From: Candidatus Omnitrophota bacterium
GTDB lineage: Bacteria > Omnitrophota > Gorgyraeia > Gygaellales > Profunditerraquicolaceae
DNA: 64,000 nt
Direction: 5' to 3'
Assembly: GCA_026387315.1 (NCBI GenBank)
Contig: JAPLLY010000015.1
Location: 22,825 to 86,824 of the forward strand
Of this stretch, positions 55,496 through 64,000 are shown piece after piece. Both the position numbers and the translations under genes were made by a program. The notes under the pieces are model-generated. The model was not told the origin of the DNA, ran no database searches, and worked only from the letters and a program-made list of their open reading frames with translations. The number at the start of each line of letters is the position of its first letter. Within the stretch, counting starts at the first letter, position 1.

Positions 55496-58384
55496 GTGAT
55501 TTGGGATATACTGGCAAAATGGTTTAATCTTCTACGGTCGTTGATAGGCGGCGCCTTAAATGATAAAACATGTTTTATATATTTTGCCGGTTTATTTATT
55601 GCCATTGTTCTTGTACTAATTTTTCTTCTTTTGTGGATTGGGCATGCCATCTGCGTTCTTATCGCGCGATTAATTAATAAAGTATCATGTTATATGAATC
55701 GGCACACGGCGCCAAAATCAGGTGGTTTTCAACGATACATATATTCATCGGCTCCGCTTCAGGATGAGCTTTTTGACGATTTGACGAACGGACACGGTAT
55801 TTTTCAGCAGAATTTTTTTGCCAATAAATTCCGAGGGCCGATTTTGTCCGAACTGGAGAACAGCTTTAGAAAATCCGAGGGCGGAATGTTTTTGGTCAGC
55901 GGATATAGGGGCGTCGGCAAAACAACATTTTTAAATTATATTTTTCGTAATCTCAGAAGGCCTGAAACACGAGGTAATGCCTACCACTATCGAATAATCA
56001 ATTTAAATATGGGCGGGGTTAAGCCTGACCTGAAATTCGAGCTTATTTATAAAACGCTTCTTGAATTAAAAAAAGATTTTGACGCGTTATACTGGCGTTT
56101 TTTTATCTGGTGTTTTCCATGGTTGAGTGATAACTTTCCCGTGCTCGGTAAAATTCGCGAATTGGAGATGAATCTCCTCTGGCAGCAGAAAGTTGTGCAG
56201 TCGCAAGGCGGCGGCGCGGGCAATGAAAAAAGCGGTGCAGCGCCGATAATTTTGAACATTAAATCGGAACGAACTGAAGAGTTGCAAAAACGGGAAAAAT
56301 CCGTTTTTTATGAAGAACCTTTTCGTGAGTTGATTCGCCTGTATAAAAAGAAAAAACAAAAAATCGTGTTCGTCCTTGATGAGCTTGATAAGTTGTCGGA
56401 CGCATCGTTGAATAAAATCGATGAAAAGAACAAGCAGGGAAAGGAAAGACACCGGTATCAGCACATGGATTATCTGCTTGGCGCCTTGTCTGAGATAAAA
56501 AGTTTGTTGTTTGAAAGCGGGGTTATTTTTGTGCTGGTGGTCAATAAAGACGTGTACGATTATTGGCGGCATCACCATAGCCAGGAAGACTTGTTTATGA
56601 ATCTGGTTACGCATGTGGAATATATTCCCTGCTATCGCAAAGAGGAAATGCGGTTGCAGCTGGATTTTCCGATCCGCATAGATCGAAACGTCGTTCTTGA
56701 CCCGTCTGATACTGCTGTAATCATCAGGGAGTATTTCGAGGTTTGCGCGTATTATGAAAGCTACTCGAATCCGCGGCTGTATTTCCAGTTGTTAGCCAGG
56801 AAAATAACTAATGATCGTGAGATCGTATTGACACAGGGCGATGTGAAGTATCTGCGTGAGCGGATAAAGTTGTTCGAATTAAACGACCTTTTGTATCGGT
56901 ATGTGTACGATAAAGATGAATCAGTATTCAGCCGGTTATTTGTTGGCATCGAAGAACTGCGGAAGGAATTCACGTCGGGAGATTTGTTTAAGGCATATGT
57001 TGAAAGCGTTGAGAAGAATTATAATCAGGTTAAAGCGATTCATTCCGGCGATAATGCCAATGCTCCTGCGGATATTAAAGCATTCTGGGCAGAGGTTTTT
57101 AAAACAAAAACAGGCGTGGTTGCAACACAAGGCGTTCTGTCAAAGCGCGTTAATTCGTTTCTGGGTATTTTAAAGGAGCGGGATTTTGTCGCGAATTATC
57201 CCTACACTAACTACCTTATACGCCGTCTTACGGACTTTGTCGCGATTATTGAAGAGCGTAACTTTGTTTCAATCGACGATATTATTGCTGAGATGGATTT
57301 TCGTGAATTTGAGTTTGATGATATCGCCGGCCAGTTTTTGATCTGTCTTTTTATTCCGCTGGGCATTGTTATTCTGCGTAATAACGGCGCTCTGGAGATC
57401 AGCGGCAGGAATGTGCGTGTTAAGTGTAATTATTCCGATCTTGATTCCTATCACGCCGGATGCGAATACGAGTGGGATGGCAATTTTGATAAGGCATTCG
57501 ATAGTTACAATAAATTTATCAAGGACCAGCCTTATTCGTTTGAAGCGCATTATCGCAAAACAAGGATGCTCTATTACATGCTTGTGGTGGGATTTTATCA
57601 TAAAGATATTGACGTTAGGGCTCATTGGGCTGACAGCTTGTTGAAATTGAAAGATTGGATGGACGAGGGCATGGGGGATATCGGCCAGCGGGCGGATCAT
57701 GAGTTTTTGCGGTGGTTCTTTTTTGAGAAAATACTCCTCAATGACACAGAATCGGATGATTACGCGTATTATGCAGAGAGGCTTCGGTATTTTGAAAAGG
57801 TTGATATGGCAATAGATGAGCTCTATGTGCGAGCAATAGCAGAGCGGCCGGATGACGCGAGCGCGCGTATGCGTTATGGGACGTATTTATTCTGGAACAA
57901 ACGTTATGTTGAGGCATTGGACAGATTTAATGAGTCGGATAACCAATATAAAGATACCAATGTTTTGATTAGAATTGCTGACACTTATTCCATGTTGAAT
58001 GATTATGAAAATGCAAAAAAGTTCTATATGAGCGCATTGCGCGCATCAACGAGTTGGTTGCAACGGGCCTTGATTATTATCGGCGTTGCCAAGGCGCAAG
58101 AATTACTCTTGCTTGTGGGAAAAGATTTGAATTCGCGTAAATTGATAAATAGCGCGTTGAGTTGGGTATCAACCGGCGACCTGCTCGGCAGAAAGGATAA
58201 CTATTTTCGGCTCTATGGCGATTCGATGCAACGGTTGGCCGGGTGCGGGTGTACGATTATCGGATCGAATGCCAAGAAGGTTAAGGAAGAATTGAGCGCG
58301 CAGATGACTCCGACTGAGCGGGCCGTTTATCAAATGAAAAGAACGTATTGGGATGATTTAGGGGTGTTGAATGGAACAAAATAA
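55496..58384 (+). CDS. Membrane-anchored P-loop NTPase (KAP/AAA-like) with C-terminal TPRs
   Basis: N-terminal TM segment, Walker A GYRGVGKT, Walker B FVLDELDK, TPR-like YYENAKKFY-type repeats. Confidence 0.75.
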   Translation: MIWDILAKWFNLLRSLIGGALNDKTCFIYFAGLFIAIVLVLIFLLLWIGHAICVLIARLINKVSCYMNRHTAPKSGGFQRYIYSSAPLQDELFDDLTNGHGIFQQNFFANKFRGPILSELENSFRKSEGGMFLVSGYRGVGKTTFLNYIFRNLRRPETRGNAYHYRIINLNMGGVKPDLKFELIYKTLLELKKDFDALYWRFFIWCFPWLSDNFPVLGKIRELEMNLLWQQKVVQSQGGGAGNEKSGAAPIILNIKSERTEELQKREKSVFYEEPFRELIRLYKKKKQKIVFVLDELDKLSDASLNKIDEKNKQGKERHRYQHMDYLLGALSEIKSLLFESGVIFVLVVNKDVYDYWRHHHSQEDLFMNLVTHVEYIPCYRKEEMRLQLDFPIRIDRNVVLDPSDTAVIIREYFEVCAYYESYSNPRLYFQLLARKITNDREIVLTQGDVKYLRERIKLFELNDLLYRYVYDKDESVFSRLFVGIEELRKEFTSGDLFKAYVESVEKNYNQVKAIHSGDNANAPADIKAFWAEVFKTKTGVVATQGVLSKRVNSFLGILKERDFVANYPYTNYLIRRLTDFVAIIEERNFVSIDDIIAEMDFREFEFDDIAGQFLICLFIPLGIVILRNNGALEISGRNVRVKCNYSDLDSYHAGCEYEWDGNFDKAFDSYNKFIKDQPYSFEAHYRKTRMLYYMLVVGFYHKDIDVRAHWADSLLKLKDWMDEGMGDIGQRADHEFLRWFFFEKILLNDTESDDYAYYAERLRYFEKVDMAIDELYVRAIAERPDDASARMRYGTYLFWNKRYVEALDRFNESDNQYKDTNVLIRIADTYSMLNDYENAKKFYMSALRASTSWLQRALIIIGVAKAQELLLLVGKDLNSRKLINSALSWVSTGDLLGRKDNYFRLYGDSMQRLAGCGCTIIGSNAKKVKEELSAQMTPTERAVYQMKRTYWDDLGVLNGTK

Positions 58385-60626
58385 TGGAATTAATAAATTT
58401 TTGAATGATAAGAATAAGTTTGTGCTTCATTTTTATGGCGATCGTAATACGGGAAAGACAGACGCGGTAAAAAGTGTCTTTTCTCAAGAATCGAACCAGG
58501 CCGTTGTCGCGGGCGGTAAGTGGACGTATAGCTGGATTACCCCGAGGTATCATCAAGCCAATGCGGTTTTTGAACATTTTGGTTCGGTAGCGCAAGGTTT
58601 TTTCCAGCTTAATTCAATAAAAGATGACAATGAAACAAAGGTTGAGTCTTTATATCGCCGTGTTGATAATGTAAAAAATATTAGCGTTTTGTTTAAAACT
58701 TTACGGGATGAATATTTAAAAGAATTGCCCTCCGGCCATAGCAACTTGGTTCTCATTATTGATAATGCTGAAAATATTATTTCTTTTCATAAATTTTCAA
58801 ATTTGGATAGTTGGTACCGCCATGTGGTTGAACAATGGCAGTATTTTTTGAAAAGTTTGATTGAATTGAACAATCTGACGCTTACGCTTAAACTCATTAT
58901 TATCAGCAATGAACATATTCTTGACTGGGGTGTTTTAGACCGTTACCGTAATTCACGGAGTATCGGATCTGATCATGCAGCGACATTCCTGAAGAAGGTA
59001 ACTAAAATTAATGCAGATGTTGAAAGATTGGTGTCTATACCCATGTCGAATCCTGATAAAGTTAGCGGCGCGTCTTCACCACAAAAGAATACTTTTGCTG
59101 AGTGTTGTAAATCATTTCATGAAGAGCGTCATAAAGGCTATTCATATTTTCTCGTTAAATGTTTGAATAAACACGCAGTTGATATCAATGTCAGGGAAAT
59201 GGTTTTTCTGGAAATCATGAAGCAGGATTACCTTGATTTTCAGCTGCAGATACTGAAAAAATTTAATCGTGCCACGTCGTATTCCGACAGCGTTAAAAAT
59301 ATTCAGAGCCTGATTTCGTTTTATTCTCTCCGGGAGTTAATCGAGTCTTGTTTTCCCGCAGGCAAGGGGAACGGTCAAACAAATGGCGCTGATTCAGGGA
59401 TCAACGTTAGAAGAGAGTATTTTAAACAATTAACTCAAATGCTTTGCCTGCCGATTGGAGGGCATATTTTTGGTGATCTCGCGGATTGTTTGCGCCGGCA
59501 TGGGTATGAAAAAATACTGAGAGATATGCTTGAATGTATTATTGGGTGGGAATGCGGCCAACGTGGAAAGGCGGGTATATCGCCTGTTTTGTTGGTACGG
59601 ATAAAAATGCTTCAGGGAAATTTGTTGTTTTATCCGTACCCCGAGGATTTTTTGGGGGCATTGCGCTGCTATGCCGATGCCTTGAAAACGGCGAATAAGG
59701 TTAAAAAATGCGCATGTAACGCTCATCGATGCCAGGTATGCAGGCAGTTGATAAATTATGAGGTTTTTAACGTGTTGTATCAGATCCGCGGCCGAAAGCT
59801 GGATAAAATCTGGTCGGAACGCGAGTTAAGCGGTTTTAATGGAGCCATGAAGGCTCTGGCTGGGCTTTATGGCTTGAAAACTTCGAATATTAAGGCGATA
59901 ATGCAGAATTTACTTGAACAACTTAGCGGCAAGAATAGAATTTATCATAATGCCGGCAAGCATGCGAAGTGCTGGGAAATTCTGCTAGGTTTGAATAATT
60001 TGAACATAAAGCCAGAATCTTTTGAACACCGCTGGACTGTCGCCCGATTGAAGTTCGAATGCCTTTACCGCGGCAGCATTTCGTTTCATGACAAATTATT
60101 GAGAGATAATGCGTTTGAAAATGCGGTAAAAGACGCGCAAGTAAATGGTACAAACTATTGGGCGTTCGCAAAAGCATTTTATCATGCGCAATTGCGGTTA
60201 AATAAATATAAAAGGAAAGATGATAAAAAGCCGGAAAATTTTGAAAAGTTGTATCGTATCTTTCGTCCGTTGCTTGACTTCTATACTCAACTTTCATTCA
60301 GTATATTTTCGGAGCAAGGCGAACGGGAGTGGCGCAGGGCAAAAGTTGATGAATTGTTGGGTGATATAATGTGCGAGGCCATCCGCGTTGGCAGCAAAAA
60401 AGAAGCCGATATCAGCAGGAACTTTCATGAGGATGTACATATGGATGGTTATTGGAAGAAAGCTCAGGAATTCAAGAAGAAAGCGTTGGAACATTATGCT
60501 AAGGCGCAGAATGCATACGCGGTTTTGGGCAGCGGTTATTATGTAGGGCGTGTTAGGCGAAAAATGACGAGTGGTGTTATAATGGCGGATGTTTCGCGCC
60601 GCGGGACACGATCCGTTCCCGCCTGA
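58371..60626 (+). CDS. P-loop NTPase-like protein with a helical/TPR-like C-terminus
   Basis: Walker A GDRNTGKT, Walker B LIIDNAE, ALRCYADAL and ALEHYAKA TPR-like helices; overlaps the upstream gene. Confidence 0.65.
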   Translation: MEQNNGINKFLNDKNKFVLHFYGDRNTGKTDAVKSVFSQESNQAVVAGGKWTYSWITPRYHQANAVFEHFGSVAQGFFQLNSIKDDNETKVESLYRRVDNVKNISVLFKTLRDEYLKELPSGHSNLVLIIDNAENIISFHKFSNLDSWYRHVVEQWQYFLKSLIELNNLTLTLKLIIISNEHILDWGVLDRYRNSRSIGSDHAATFLKKVTKINADVERLVSIPMSNPDKVSGASSPQKNTFAECCKSFHEERHKGYSYFLVKCLNKHAVDINVREMVFLEIMKQDYLDFQLQILKKFNRATSYSDSVKNIQSLISFYSLRELIESCFPAGKGNGQTNGADSGINVRREYFKQLTQMLCLPIGGHIFGDLADCLRRHGYEKILRDMLECIIGWECGQRGKAGISPVLLVRIKMLQGNLLFYPYPEDFLGALRCYADALKTANKVKKCACNAHRCQVCRQLINYEVFNVLYQIRGRKLDKIWSERELSGFNGAMKALAGLYGLKTSNIKAIMQNLLEQLSGKNRIYHNAGKHAKCWEILLGLNNLNIKPESFEHRWTVARLKFECLYRGSISFHDKLLRDNAFENAVKDAQVNGTNYWAFAKAFYHAQLRLNKYKRKDDKKPENFEKLYRIFRPLLDFYTQLSFSIFSEQGEREWRRAKVDELLGDIMCEAIRVGSKKEADISRNFHEDVHMDGYWKKAQEFKKKALEHYAKAQNAYAVLGSGYYVGRVRRKMTSGVIMADVSRRGTRSVPA

Positions 60627-60729
60627 AGAAAGTGGGGCCTCAAGTTTCAAAGAAGGTAAACAGTTTATATAACTCACTGTAAATAATATTGTTACATAAA
60701 CTGTCTACTATTTTTTGAAAATAAACTAT

Positions 60730-60757
60730 TTGACAAAACCAGCTTAAGTTATATAAT
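60730..60757 (+). promoter_or_regulatory. Putative sigma70 promoter for the por operon
   Basis: TTGACA-16-TATAAT. Confidence 0.7.
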
Positions 60758-60776
60758 CAAGAAATCATTTTGAATC

Positions 60777-60884
60777 AAGGAGACGGTTCTATTTTTTCAG
60801 AAAAACAAGGGGACGGTTCTATTTTTTATATATAAAAAACAGAACCGTCCCCTGGATTCTAAAGAAAACAGAACCGTCCTCTGG
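60777..60884. repeat. Family A palindrome nested inside an older family A copy
   Basis: ggagacggttct…[ggggacggttct…agaaccgtcccc]…agaaccgtcctc. Confidence 0.9.
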
Positions 60885-60912
60885 TTTTCAGTGGAAACTA
60901 TTTAGGAGTATT

Positions 60913-61464
60913 ATGAAAGAAATTAGGATTCATGCCCGCGCTGGCCAGGGCGCAATTACTACCGCGACATTATTAGGGTTTAGTTATTTTAATGAGGGTA
61001 AATTCCCCTATGCTTTTCCCAACTTTGGGGCAGCCAGGATGGGCGCGCCGATGAATGCTTTCGTGCGGGTAGACAGCGAGCCGGTGCGTTTGCGCAGCCA
61101 GATTTATGAGCCTAATTACGTAATTATCGTTGATCCCACGCTGATGCGCGGGTTTAACTGTTTTTCCGGGTTAAAAGAAGATGGGGTAGCGATTATTAAT
61201 GGTAAAGATGATCTGGATTTGCCGAAATTAAAGGCTAAACAGAGGGCTTTTGTTGTCCCGGCCAATGAAATTGCCTTAAGAAATATCGGCCGCCCGTTAG
61301 GGAACACTGCTCTGATCGGCGCTTTTGCCGCGGCTACCGGAGAATTAAAATTAGATAATCTTATCGCGGTAGTTAAAAATCGTTTTAGCGGTAAGGCCCA
61401 GGAAGGTAATATTCAGGCAGTTAAAGAAGGTTTTGAGTTCGTGAAGAATAAATTAAAGGGATAA
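60913..61464 (+). CDS. porC: Pyruvate:ferredoxin oxidoreductase gamma subunit
   Basis: EIRIHARAGQG, FGAARMGAP, NTALIGA. Confidence 0.9.
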   Translation: MKEIRIHARAGQGAITTATLLGFSYFNEGKFPYAFPNFGAARMGAPMNAFVRVDSEPVRLRSQIYEPNYVIIVDPTLMRGFNCFSGLKEDGVAIINGKDDLDLPKLKAKQRAFVVPANEIALRNIGRPLGNTALIGAFAAATGELKLDNLIAVVKNRFSGKAQEGNIQAVKEGFEFVKNKLKG

Positions 61465-61465
61465 T

Positions 61466-61738
61466 ATGTTCGGGCCGTTAACCGTAAAACCATCAGAGAG
61501 TAAGGGTGATAAAACTGGTAGCTGGAGAACTCAGCTTCGGCCGCATTATTTACATAAGGAATGTATTGCTTGCCGGATGTGTTTAATGATTTGTCCGGAA
61601 GCTTGCGTGCACGGAAAAGAAAAGAACGCTTTTTGGGCGGATTACAATTTCTGCAAGGGTTGCGGAGTATGCGCGGATATCTGCCCTAAAAAAGATATTG
61701 CCATGGTTACCGAAGAATCCCAGGGTGAAGATAAATGA
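61466..61738 (+). CDS. porD: Pyruvate:ferredoxin oxidoreductase delta subunit
   Basis: KTGSWR, two CxxCxxCxxxCP motifs. Confidence 0.92.
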   Translation: MFGPLTVKPSESKGDKTGSWRTQLRPHYLHKECIACRMCLMICPEACVHGKEKNAFWADYNFCKGCGVCADICPKKDIAMVTEESQGEDK

Positions 61739-62922
61739 AAGAATTTATAGAGGGTTCACACGCGATAGCGCAAATTATTAAGGCTTGCCAGCCAGGGGTA
61801 ATTTCTGCCTATCCCATAACGCCTCAGACACATATTGTTGAAGATCTGGCTCAGATTGTGGCTAATGGCGAACTTAAAGCGCAGTTTGTTAATGTCGAAA
61901 GCGAACATTCTGCGGCTTCGGTAGTATTAGGCGCTTCGGCTACCGGCGTGCGGGTTTATACCGCTACCAGTTCCCAAGGGTTATTCTATATGCAGGAGGT
62001 AGTTTTTAATATCGCTGGTATGCGTCTGCCGGTAGTGATGACCTGCGCTAACCGCGCGATAAGCGCTCCGATAAATATTTGGAATGACCAGCAGGACTCT
62101 ATATCTTTGCGGGATGCCGGATGGTTCCAAATTTACGCCGAGGATAATCAGGAAGCAGTGGATTTTCACTTGATTGGTTACCGATTAGCCGAAGATAAAC
62201 GGGTGATGTTGCCGGTGATGGTTTGTATGGATGGTTTTATACTCACCCACGGTATGGAAACAGTGGATATGCCGGAGCAGGACAAAGTAAATAAATTTTT
62301 GCCTAGCTATAATCCTTTATATAAATTAGACCCAGCGGAGCCTATCTCCATGGGGCTCTTAGCTGATCCGGATTATTACCTGGAAGCACGATTTGCTATT
62401 CAAGAAACAATGAAAGCATCGCTAGGCTATTTATCTGAAATCAGTGGTGAGTTTAATACGGTTTTTGGCCGGGATTATCAAGATTTACTGGTCGAAGAAT
62501 ACCAGGTTAAGGATGCCGATAAGGTGATTGTAGCGATGGGTTCAGTTTGTGGTACGATCAAGGAAGCGGTGGACCAACAGCGTGCCAAAGGTAAAAAGGT
62601 AGGGCTTTTGCGTATTATTACCTATCGTCCATTTCCTTACGCCAGGGTTTATGAAGCATTAAAAAATGTGGCTAGAGTGGCGGTTTTAGATAAAGCAGTT
62701 TCTTTAGGAGCTTACGCGCCGATTGCCGTAGAGATGAAGGCGGCATTTTATGGCAAAAAGAAAGGACCTAAAGTAATCAGCGGTTTTGTCGGTGGTTTAG
62801 GCGGAAGAGATATTACTTTAGAATCTATACATGAAGTATTTAGAAGATTGACGGCTAAGGAAGTTAACTCTGATTTTATAGATTTAAAGCCAGAGTTACT
62901 TAAGGAAGATTATGGAAAATAG
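61735..62922 (+). CDS. porA: Pyruvate:ferredoxin oxidoreductase alpha subunit
   Basis: AYPITPQT, ESEHSA, TSSQG, GLGGRD. Confidence 0.93.
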   Translation: MKEFIEGSHAIAQIIKACQPGVISAYPITPQTHIVEDLAQIVANGELKAQFVNVESEHSAASVVLGASATGVRVYTATSSQGLFYMQEVVFNIAGMRLPVVMTCANRAISAPINIWNDQQDSISLRDAGWFQIYAEDNQEAVDFHLIGYRLAEDKRVMLPVMVCMDGFILTHGMETVDMPEQDKVNKFLPSYNPLYKLDPAEPISMGLLADPDYYLEARFAIQETMKASLGYLSEISGEFNTVFGRDYQDLLVEEYQVKDADKVIVAMGSVCGTIKEAVDQQRAKGKKVGLLRIITYRPFPYARVYEALKNVARVAVLDKAVSLGAYAPIAVEMKAAFYGKKKGPKVISGFVGGLGGRDITLESIHEVFRRLTAKEVNSDFIDLKPELLKEDYGK

Positions 62923-63790
62923 CCCTTTATTTAAATCCGGACATACTGCTTGCGCCGGCTGTGGCCAGGCGATTGCCGCGCGTTTAGTGGTGGAAGCGGC
63001 CGGAGTAAATACGATTATTGCTAATAATACCGGCTGCCTGGAAGTTTTTTCTACCAAATATCCGGAAACTGCCTGGGGGGTACCTTGGATTCATTCTTTG
63101 TTTGAAAATGCCGCCGCAGTGGCATCAGGTATTGAAGCGGCACTGATATATTTAGGTAAAAAAGATACAATTAATGTGATTGCCCAGGGCGGAGACGGTT
63201 CAACCGGAGATATAGGTTTACAAGCTTTAAGCGGCATGCTTGAACGCGGCCATGATATTTTGTATGTTTGTTATGATAACGAGGCTTACATGAATACGGG
63301 AATTCAGCGTAGCGGGCTTACTCCGTTTGATACTAATACTACGACCAGCCCGTCGGGCGCGCGGTCTTCGGGAAATATCCGGCCGAAAAAACCTGTGCCG
63401 GAGATCTGCCTGGCACACGGAATTCCTTACGTGGCTTGCGCTTCCGCGGGTTTTCCGCAGGATTTAACGCGTAAAGTAAAAAAGGCTATTTCGATCAAGG
63501 GGCCCAAATATATCCAGGTGCATGTGCCTTGTCCTTTAGGCTGGCGCCATGAAACAAATCAGATGTTAACGGTAGCAAAATTAGCGGTAGAGACCGGACT
63601 TTATCCTTTATTTGAATATGAAAACGGGGTTTTAGCTAATCGTAAACAGATTGTTCCCAAACCGGTCCAAGAATATTTAAAGAGCCAGGGCAGGTTTAAA
63701 CATCTCCTCAATAATCCTGAAGAGATTAAAAAAATCCAGGAGATTGCGGATAATAATATCAAGAAGTATAATTTGAAGTTAGAGGCTTAA
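62912..63790 (+). CDS. porB: Pyruvate:ferredoxin oxidoreductase beta subunit
   Basis: HTACAGCG, GGDG, DNEAYMNTGIQRS, PCPLGW. Confidence 0.93.
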   Translation: MENSPLFKSGHTACAGCGQAIAARLVVEAAGVNTIIANNTGCLEVFSTKYPETAWGVPWIHSLFENAAAVASGIEAALIYLGKKDTINVIAQGGDGSTGDIGLQALSGMLERGHDILYVCYDNEAYMNTGIQRSGLTPFDTNTTTSPSGARSSGNIRPKKPVPEICLAHGIPYVACASAGFPQDLTRKVKKAISIKGPKYIQVHVPCPLGWRHETNQMLTVAKLAVETGLYPLFEYENGVLANRKQIVPKPVQEYLKSQGRFKHLLNNPEEIKKIQEIADNNIKKYNLKLEA

Positions 63791-63805
63791 GAACAAGGGG
63801 GGGGT

Positions 63806-64000
63806 ATGGGAAAACAAGCAAGGGCAATTGTCGATTTAAGTTTAAAAGACCTGGTTAAGGATTTAAATAAAGCATATTGCGATGAGTGGCTGGCATTTTA
63901 TCTTTATTGGTATATGGCGCAAACTGTTTCCGGCCGGGCTTACGAAGATACCAAGGAAATGCTGGAAAAAATAGCTAAAGATGAATTAGAGCATGCCGCG
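63806..64000 (+). CDS. Ferritin-like (DpsL/bacterioferritin-related) protein, truncated by the window end
   Basis: Own translation: MGKQARAIV…LNKAYCDEWLAFYLYW…KDELEHA (ExxH diiron motif). Confidence 0.8.
   Translation, partial: MGKQARAIVDLSLKDLVKDLNKAYCDEWLAFYLYWYMAQTVSGRAYEDTKEMLEKIAKDELEHAA

Noticed and set aside
60677-60697. TGTAA-N9-TTACA upstream of por as a Rex operator
   Set aside because: Spacing does not fit the 18-bp Rex box, and it lies within a larger AT-rich inverted repeat
1863-60884. Recurring palindromes as a CRISPR array
   Set aside because: Copies are dispersed singly between genes with no regular repeat-spacer period, and no cas genes are present

Overview
Gene-dense, mostly plus-strand chromosomal window from an anaerobic Gram-negative bacterium. 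The style, the Minf_1886-type gene and the repeat families suggest a PVC-group lineage such as Ca. Omnitrophota (inference only). Content in order: the end of a group 3b-type [NiFe]-hydrogenase operon, NfnAB-like genes and gdhA, a helical-repeat/HD-GYP pair, carA and a half-length carB, an IS200 element, lipid A genes, rpsB-tsf-pyrH-frr, three tRNAs, PTS-Ntr genes, metK/ahcY/pfk/aldolase, ilvDBNC-leuA-aroE, a two-gene NTPase-TPR insert, and porCDAB. The standout is the hydrogenase maturation cluster at about 1-5345. A [NiFe] large subunit and its protease are followed by a HypA lacking its zinc finger, an in-frame fusion of the [NiFe] chaperone HypC to an [FeFe]-type radical SAM maturase HydE, rex, and a HydG with all hallmark motifs. 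No hypB/D/E/F, hydF or hydA lies in the window. This suggests a hybrid route in which HydG/HydE build the Fe(CO)/(CN) unit for a [NiFe] enzyme. Intergenic DNA is full of at least six families of short palindromic elements, several with readable insertion footprints. ANTAR-like leader terminators precede the nfnAB-gdhA and carAB operons.
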